From: Geothrix sp. PMB-07
GTDB taxonomy: Bacteria > Acidobacteriota > Holophagae > Holophagales > Holophagaceae
Reading direction: 5' to 3'
Length of the DNA stretch: 40,000 bases
NCBI RefSeq assembly: GCF_030758935.1
Contig: NZ_CP132333.1
Span: forward strand, 704,992 to 744,991
This document shows positions 34,101 through 40,000 of the stretch, piece after piece. The translations under genes and the position numbers were made by a program. The notes below the pieces were generated by a model. That model saw nothing but the letters and a program-made list of their open reading frames with translations. It was not told the origin of the DNA and did not search any database. Positions within the stretch are counted from its first letter, which is position 1, and each line of letters starts with the position of its first letter.

Positions 34101-34594
34101 CCGTCACGCCGGGTGTGAGGTTGATGATGCTCTCGAAATTGAGGCCCACCGGCATCTTGATCAGCTCTTCGGCGGAGTAGTTGATGGAGACCTTGTCATC
34201 GGTCTTGGCTTCACTGGCATTGGCGACCACTTCCACGGTGCTGCCCGACGCTTCGGCCAGGGGGGGCCAGCGGGAAGTCCATGGTGAGGTTGGAGCCGAG
34301 GCCCACGCGTACATTGGAGGCGGTCTTGCCGAGCATGCCTTCGGCGCTGACCTTGATGGTGTAGTTCCCCACGGGAAGCAGCATGGCGCGGTATTCGCCC
34401 TTGGCATCCGTCTGGACGATGCGCGGCTGGAACAGGGCCGGGCTCTCGAAGGCGAGGCGGGCCCTGGCCACGGGCTTTCCGCCTTGGGTGACCTTGCCGG
34501 ACAGGCTGCCGGTGGTGACCTGGGCCACGAGGGAGGTTCCGCTGGCCAGCATGGCCGCGACGGCAGGGAGCATCAGTGCTTGGCGAGTGTTCAT
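31168..34594 (-). pseudogene. TonB-dependent-receptor-like outer-membrane protein with CarboxypepD_reg N-domain, interrupted by a frameshift in a G7 run
   Basis: The N-terminal ORF 34211-34594 (signal peptide plus GSLSGKV...DAKGEYRAMLLPVGNYTIKV) and the ORF 31168-34407 (plug-like ...LTPGVTGSGTGVSVRGSQTGQVLYRIDGINV..., C-terminal FSFGFKF) are in frames offset by one base. They overlap at GGGGGGG 34260-34266. Removing one G joins them. Confidence 0.8.
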
Positions 34595-34615
34595 GGTGTC
34601 GATCTCCGCGTGGGC

Positions 34616-35425
34616 CTAGAAGTGGAATACGTAGGCGATTTCGAGGTGCGGAATCATGCGGTTCTTGGAGGTGAGCTGGTCCTGGGACCAGGTCGCTCCC
34701 AGCGAAGAGACGCGTCCGATCCATGGCGCAGAGCTGTTGCCGGCGCCGCGGCCCCCTGGGTCGTACGAGCTCGCTGTGCCCACGGCGTGGTTGTATTCGA
34801 TGGCCTTGTAGCTGATCAGGGCGAGGTTGAATTCAAGGCTTGAGGAGGCATCCAGCTTCCAGGTGATCCCGCCGAAGGGGCTGGGATTCAGTCCTCCCGA
34901 GGTGGGTGTGCCGTTGTAGAGGTCGCGCCAGGTGTTCGCGGGCCGGGCACTGCCCCAGTCCGGCCCCCACTGCTGGCTCACCGCGTCGCCCTCGTATTGG
35001 TGCTTGAAACGGGTGCCGAGCTGGACGCCGGCCTGCCACCGCAGGTCCGTGTCGAAGGCCCGGCTGTAGCCGAGGCGGACCGTGAAGCCATCCAGCTGGT
35101 TGCGTTTCGATTCCTTCGCCTTGGTCGTGTCCACAGGCTGGAGGCCGGTGGGCGGGGTCATGTTGCTGGGGCTGGTGATGTACTCGTCGCCGGTCTTGTA
35201 GAAATACCCCAGCTCCACGCCGGCCCGGCCCCCGGCCACGCCATAGCCCAGGTCCAGGCCGAAGCCCAGGGCGCTGCGGCGCAGGTGGTCGGATTCGCTG
35301 GGGGAGTAGCCCAGCCGGAATTTAAAGCTCTTGGTGAAGCCTTCGTCCTGGGCGCTGAGAAGGCCCGAGGTGCCGATCAGACAGGCGGCCAGGCCCCAGG
35401 GAGCCAGGCGTGTTGCAAGGTTCAT
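34616..35425 (-). CDS. Outer-membrane beta-barrel protein (269 aa)
   Basis: I trimmed the start to ATG at 35425, where GGAGG lies 4 nt upstream. Signal peptide LAPWGLAACLIGTSGLLSAQ and C-terminal ...EIAYVFHF. Confidence 0.62.
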   Translation of the reverse strand: MNLATRLAPWGLAACLIGTSGLLSAQDEGFTKSFKFRLGYSPSESDHLRRSALGFGLDLGYGVAGGRAGVELGYFYKTGDEYITSPSNMTPPTGLQPVDTTKAKESKRNQLDGFTVRLGYSRAFDTDLRWQAGVQLGTRFKHQYEGDAVSQQWGPDWGSARPANTWRDLYNGTPTSGGLNPSPFGGITWKLDASSSLEFNLALISYKAIEYNHAVGTASSYDPGGRGAGNSSAPWIGRVSSLGATWSQDQLTSKNRMIPHLEIAYVFHF

Positions 35426-36169
35426 ACATCCTCCTTTTGGGGGTGGCCGGAGCGGCCGTGGAATGAGGCATGCAGGGTTGACCTGCGGTAGGGCGTAGGG
35501 ACGTAGATGAATTAGTGATGCGGTACCCCTGGAATTCCTGAGGGCGCTCACAAGTCATCCGAACTAAGTTCCGGATTTCCAATGCGGGTATGCGACTCAA
35601 AGAAGGACAGGAGAAGGTTGCCCGTAGATTTTTGGGAAATATATGGTCTTTTTTTGTAAAGATTTGTTCATTTTCAGGGTGCCCAGATTCGTGAAGGTGC
35701 ACGGTCTGATTGGGTTAAGCCATATAGTTAATTGAAGGCATTTATTAATTTGTGGGTGATGCAAAGGCCTGATTTGAGGTCGGCGCCCCCCGTGCGGCAG
35801 AGCTGGGGGTGGCGCCCAGCCCGCCCGGACCGACAGAGTCCAAAGGCCGGGCCCGACGGGTGACCTGCGGGAGGCGCCCGGAAACCTTGAAGGGGCCGGA
35901 GCAGCCGAACGGCGGCGGCTGCGAGGGCCGGGGCCCCGCCTTGAAGCCCAGGCCTGTCCAGGGTTCTGGCGGGTCGGCCGTCTGGGTTTGGGCCCCTCAG
36001 TTCCCTCCTGGGGGCCGGGAGGTTCAACCGGCAGTCCCGGTCGAGAACTGATCACCCGGGAGTCGTTTACGGTCCTCGCCTGTGCTTCAAGGCCTTGGCC
36101 TGCAGGGATTTCTGTCTGCTCTTCAGATTTGTGTCATGGTATACCAAAATTTGCAGATGGGGTTCGCCC

Positions 36170-37348
36170 ATGCCCAACATGCGCCACATCGCCCTCCTGG
36201 TTCTGGCCTCCCGCGCCTACGGCCGGGGCATTTGCCTGGGGGTGGCCGCCTCCGCCATGGAGCGCGGGGATTGGCTCATCTACCCCCACGAGCGTTCCGA
36301 GTTCAAGGAGATGCCCGGCTGGCTCAAACGCAGCCGCCTGGACGGGATCATCGCCTACATCCCCACCGTGGAACTGGGGCGCCAGCTCATGGGGCTGAAC
36401 GTGCCCATCGTGGACGTGCATGGCCAGGGCAACTGCCCCACGGCGCCCGTGCTGGATACGGACCCCGAGCAGGTGGCCCGGCTGGCCGCGGACTTCTTCC
36501 GGCAGGCGGGATTCATCCATTTCGGCTTCTGCGGCTACCCGGGCATCTTCTTTTCCGACCGCCGCTCTGAGGCCTTCGAGCGCCTCCTCAACGAGGCGGG
36601 CCACCGAGTCGAGATCTATTCGCCTCCCCCGAAAGTCTGCGCCTCCATGGACGTGCTCCGGCGCGAGCGGGGCGCCCTGGAATACGAGGCGGAGTTGTCC
36701 GCCTGGCTGGTGCGGGTGCCGAAACCCATCGCCATCCTGGCCTGCAATGACATCCGGGGGCAGCAGGTCATCAACGCGTGCCGCACCCTGGGCATCTCCA
36801 TGCCCGACGATGTCAGCGTCATCGGCGTCGACAATGACGAGATCATCTGCCGGCTCTGCCAGCCCACCCTCACGAGCATTGCGCCCGACTACGAACGGCT
36901 GGGGCGCATGGCCGTGGACATGCTGGCGCGCATGATCGACGGCCAGGAGGTGGAGCCCCGCCTCTGGAACCTGCCGCCGAGCCGCATCGTGGAGCGCGAA
37001 TCCACCGACATCACCACGGCCCAGCACCCCATCGTGCTCTCGGCCTCGCGCATCATCCGCAGCCGGGCCAACGCCAACCTGTCCGTGGAGCAGATCTGCA
37101 GCATGGTCGGCTGCAGCCGCTCCACCCTGGACAACCTCTTCCGCAAGCACCTGGGGAGGCCGGTGGCCCGGGAGATGCTCCGGGTCCGCTTGAACCGCTG
37201 CCGCCGCCTGCTGGAGGACACCGACCAGACCGTCGACGAAATCGCACGGAAGTGCGGGTTCCTTTCCTCGACCTATTTCTGCCGCTTCTTCAAGCGGGAG
37301 ACGGGCTTGTCGCCCTCCATGTTCCGGGCCGAGCACACCGGGAAATGA
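36170..37348 (+). CDS. XylR-like transcriptional regulator (periplasmic-binding-protein-like sensor + AraC-type HTH)
   Basis: N-terminal MRHIALLVLASRAYGRGICLGV...ILACNDIRGQQVINAC...VSVIGVDNDE and C-terminal AraC HTH ...IARKCGFLSSTYFCRFFKRETGLSPSMFR. The start is ATG at 36170 or 36179. Confidence 0.83.
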   Translation: MPNMRHIALLVLASRAYGRGICLGVAASAMERGDWLIYPHERSEFKEMPGWLKRSRLDGIIAYIPTVELGRQLMGLNVPIVDVHGQGNCPTAPVLDTDPEQVARLAADFFRQAGFIHFGFCGYPGIFFSDRRSEAFERLLNEAGHRVEIYSPPPKVCASMDVLRRERGALEYEAELSAWLVRVPKPIAILACNDIRGQQVINACRTLGISMPDDVSVIGVDNDEIICRLCQPTLTSIAPDYERLGRMAVDMLARMIDGQEVEPRLWNLPPSRIVERESTDITTAQHPIVLSASRIIRSRANANLSVEQICSMVGCSRSTLDNLFRKHLGRPVAREMLRVRLNRCRRLLEDTDQTVDEIARKCGFLSSTYFCRFFKRETGLSPSMFRAEHTGK

Positions 37349-37488
37349 CGAAAGCAGCACGAGATTTTGCAAAGAATTACCAAAAAAGACCATTTAATTT
37401 CATCTTTTAATTGGCCACCCTGATCCAACGTTTCAGGAGTCACTGGTTCGGTTTGGCCAAGGCCAGGGGGACTCCCAGGAGGGTGTGC

Positions 37489-39690
37489 ATGCTTCGAAGG
37501 CTTTTCCTGCATGGTCTTTTCGGGCTTTCCGCCGTCCTGGTGGCGGGAACGGAGGACCGAGTGGCCGACCTCATGGCCCGCATGACCCTGGAAGAAAAAA
37601 TCAGTCAGCTCGTGCAGTGTTCTTCCAATGACGAACTGACGGGGCCCCGGGGGGAGCGCAGCCCGCTCATGGCCGAGATCCGGGCGGGCCGCGTGGGCAG
37701 CCTGCTCAACGTGGTGGGGGCCCGGGAGACCCGCCGCATGCAGGAGGCGGCGGTGACCGGCAGCCGGCTGCACATCCCCCTCCTCTTCGGCCTGGATGTC
37801 ATCCACGGTTTCCGGACCACCTTCCCCGTGAACCTGGGCCAGGCGGCCAGCTGGGACCTGGCGGCCATCGAGCGCGCCGAGCGGGTGGCGGCCATCGAGG
37901 CCTCGGCCGCCGGGGTGCACTGGACCTTCGCGCCCATGGTCGACATCGCCCGGGATCCCCGCTGGGGCCGCATCTCCGAGGGCGCCGGGGAGGATCCCTT
38001 CCTGGGCTCGGCCGTGGCGAAGGCCCGAGTGCGGGGCTTCCAGGGCGACCTCAGCGGACCCACGCACATCCTGGCCTGCGCGAAGCACTTCGCCGCCTAC
38101 GGGGCCGCCCAGGCCGGCCGTGACTACTGGACCACCGAGGTGCCGGAGATCACCCTGCGGGACACCTACCTGCCGCCCTTCAAGGCCGCCGCCGAGGTCG
38201 GCGTGGCCACGTTCATGTGCGCCTTCAACGACCTGAACGGCGTGCCCTGCTCCGGCAACCGCTGGCTGCTGGACCAGGTGCTCCGCAAGGAGTGGGGCTT
38301 CCAGGGCATCGTGGTTTCCGACTGGGGTTCCATCGCGGAGATGGTGCCCCACGGCCTGGCGGCCGACCTGAAGGAGGCGGCCCGTCTGGCGGCGCTGGCG
38401 GGGGTGGACATGGACATGGAGGGCCAGGCCTACCTCAAGCACCTGCCGGAACTGGTGCGGGCCGGCGTGGTGCCCATGGCGCAGGTGGACCGCATGGTGA
38501 AGGCGGTGCTGGAAGCCAAGGCCAAGCTGGGCCTCTTCGAGAACCCGTACAAGTACTGCGATGAAGCGCGGGAGCAGCGGGACATGCTGCGGCCCGAGCA
38601 CCTGGAGGCGGCCCGGGACCTGGCCCGCAAATCCTTCGTGCTGCTGAAGCATGATCCCGCCGTGCTGCCCCTCCGCGCCGGGGCCCGCGTGGCTCTGGTG
38701 GGGCCCCTGGCCGACGCCGCGCGGGACCAGCTGGGCATGTGGGAAGCCAAGGGGCGCCCCGAGGATGCCGTGACCCTGAAGGCTGCCCTGGAGGCCCGCC
38801 TGCCGGGCTTGGTGGTGACGGCCCCCGGATGCGCGGTGTCCGAGGCCTCGCGGGATGAATTTGCCAGCGCGCTGAAGGCCGCGGCTCAGGCGGATGTCAT
38901 CGTGGCCGCCCTGGGGGAATCCTGGGACATGACGGGCGAAGGCCACAGCCGTTCGAAGCTGGACCTGCCCGGGTCGCAGCAGGCGCTGCTGGAGGCCCTC
39001 AAGGCCACCGGAAAGCCCGTGGTGCTGGTGCTCTTCGCGGGTCGGCCCCTGACGCTGGAGGCCGTCCTGCCCCAGGCGGATGCCGTGCTCTACGCCTGGC
39101 AGCCCGGAACCATGGGCGGGCCCGCCCTGGCGGATGTGCTGCTGGGGGACGTGAGCCCCTCCGGCAAGCTGCCCGCCACTTTTCCGCGGAACGTGGGCCA
39201 GATCCCGCTCTACTACAACACCAAGCCGGGCGGGCGGCCGCAGCCGGCGGGCCCGCGGGAACAGTACCGCTCCAACTACCTGGACACGCCCAACACCCCG
39301 CTCTTCCCCTTCGGCTTCGGTCTCAGCTACACCCGCTTCGCCTACACGGACGCGCGCCTGAGCAGCCCGGAGATGGGCCTGGACGGGCGCCTCACGGTGC
39401 AGGCCACGCTGCGCAACCTGGGGGATCGGGAGGGCGACGAGGTGGCCCAGCTCTACGTGCGCGACCTGGTGGGATCCGTGACGCGGCCCGTGCGCGAGCT
39501 CAAGGGCTTCCAGCGGGTGCGCGTGCCCAAGGGCGGCCAGGTGGCGTTGAGTTTCGAGCTGCGGGCTTCGGACCTCGCCTTCACTCACACCGATGGCAGC
39601 TTCGCGCCCGAGGCCGGACGGTTCCAGGTCTTCCTGGGTGGCGATGCCAACGCTCCGCTGGTGGGTGAGTTCACCCTCCGGGCTCAGTAG
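37489..39690 (+). CDS. Glycoside hydrolase family 3 beta-glucosidase (BglX-like, 733 aa)
   Basis: Signal peptide MLRRLFLHGLFGLSAVLVAG. GH3 motifs: LLFGLDVIHG, KHFAAYGA, GIVVSDWGS (nucleophile Asp) and FPFGFGLSYT. AGGAGGG lies upstream of ATG at 37489. Confidence 0.92.
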   Translation: MLRRLFLHGLFGLSAVLVAGTEDRVADLMARMTLEEKISQLVQCSSNDELTGPRGERSPLMAEIRAGRVGSLLNVVGARETRRMQEAAVTGSRLHIPLLFGLDVIHGFRTTFPVNLGQAASWDLAAIERAERVAAIEASAAGVHWTFAPMVDIARDPRWGRISEGAGEDPFLGSAVAKARVRGFQGDLSGPTHILACAKHFAAYGAAQAGRDYWTTEVPEITLRDTYLPPFKAAAEVGVATFMCAFNDLNGVPCSGNRWLLDQVLRKEWGFQGIVVSDWGSIAEMVPHGLAADLKEAARLAALAGVDMDMEGQAYLKHLPELVRAGVVPMAQVDRMVKAVLEAKAKLGLFENPYKYCDEAREQRDMLRPEHLEAARDLARKSFVLLKHDPAVLPLRAGARVALVGPLADAARDQLGMWEAKGRPEDAVTLKAALEARLPGLVVTAPGCAVSEASRDEFASALKAAAQADVIVAALGESWDMTGEGHSRSKLDLPGSQQALLEALKATGKPVVLVLFAGRPLTLEAVLPQADAVLYAWQPGTMGGPALADVLLGDVSPSGKLPATFPRNVGQIPLYYNTKPGGRPQPAGPREQYRSNYLDTPNTPLFPFGFGLSYTRFAYTDARLSSPEMGLDGRLTVQATLRNLGDREGDEVAQLYVRDLVGSVTRPVRELKGFQRVRVPKGGQVALSFELRASDLAFTHTDGSFAPEAGRFQVFLGGDANAPLVGEFTLRAQ

Positions 39691-39698
39691 GAGGTCCC

Positions 39699-40000
39699 AT
39701 GCGACGCGCGCTTCTTTGTCTGCTGCTGGCGGCCGGGGTCTGCCGGGCCCAGGTGGCGGTCTACCGCACCGCCAAGGGCAGCCCGGACCGGCTGGCCCGC
39801 AAGGCCGACCTGGCCTTCACCCGCCTGGACCAGCCCAACGACGAGGCCCTGGCCACGGTGGTGGTGGATCCGGCCAAGCGCTTCCAGACCGTCGTGGGCT
39901 TCGGCGGCGCCCTGACCGACGCTGCGGCCGAGACCTGGGCCAAGCTGCCCGCCGCCCGCCAGGCCGAACTGATCAAGGCCTACTTCGATCCCCAGGAAGG
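39699..40000 (+). CDS. Glycoside hydrolase family 30 (glucosylceramidase-like), 5' partial at the window edge
   Basis: My own translation is MRRALLCLLLAAGVCRAQ (signal peptide) ...FQTVVGFGGALTDAAAETWAKL..., typical of a GH30 N-terminus. GGAGG lies upstream of the ATG. The ORF runs off the window. Confidence 0.72.
   Translation, partial: MRRALLCLLLAAGVCRAQVAVYRTAKGSPDRLARKADLAFTRLDQPNDEALATVVVDPAKRFQTVVGFGGALTDAAAETWAKLPAARQAELIKAYFDPQE

Overview
The window has two parts. Positions 1 to about 14250 are visibly AT-richer and hold the cassette array of a chromosomal integron. I mapped 25 attC recombination sites (GCCTAAC...GTTAGGC imperfect palindromes, in three length classes). They delimit 25 complete cassettes, and a 26th starts at the left edge. 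All credible cassette ORFs are on the minus strand, divergent from an intact integron integrase gene (intI, 14255-15265, +), and an attI junction lies at about 14030. Recognisable cargo is one GNAT acetyltransferase, one RDD-family protein, two DUF1801 proteins, one DUF1398 protein, an HExxH secreted protein, one two-gene cassette and many small membrane or secreted proteins of unknown function. No resistance genes or transposition genes are visible. The most unusual feature is a family of six paralogous cassettes of 361-364 bp with no conserved ORF. One copy is the attI-proximal cassette and three more form a tandem run. Their sequence is conserved in blocks, and their ends form an inverted repeat that extends the attC core pairing. 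I interpret them as a candidate structured RNA or regulatory DNA element that I cannot assign to any described family. Right of intI the sequence is GC-rich core genome. The gene content would fit Acidobacteriota, but that is a low-confidence inference. This part encodes a zincin-like peptidase, a PlsC/YihG-type acyltransferase and a large hypothetical protein. Next come serC, a serA-like dehydrogenase and a DUF1015 protein, then a receiver/DUF4388 regulator, a TIM-barrel hydrolase-like protein, a CNNM/CorC transporter and a DUF1624-like membrane protein. It then encodes an APC amino-acid permease and ComF, an OMP / TonB-dependent-receptor-like / OMP trio, and an XylR-like regulator with GH3 and GH30 (partial) glycosidases. 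The receptor gene is split by a frameshift in a G7 run. Five intergenic loci in this part carry hairpin-forming repeats built from phased CACAGAT/CACGGAT units. All calls come from reading the sequence and the ORF translations. No database searches were run.
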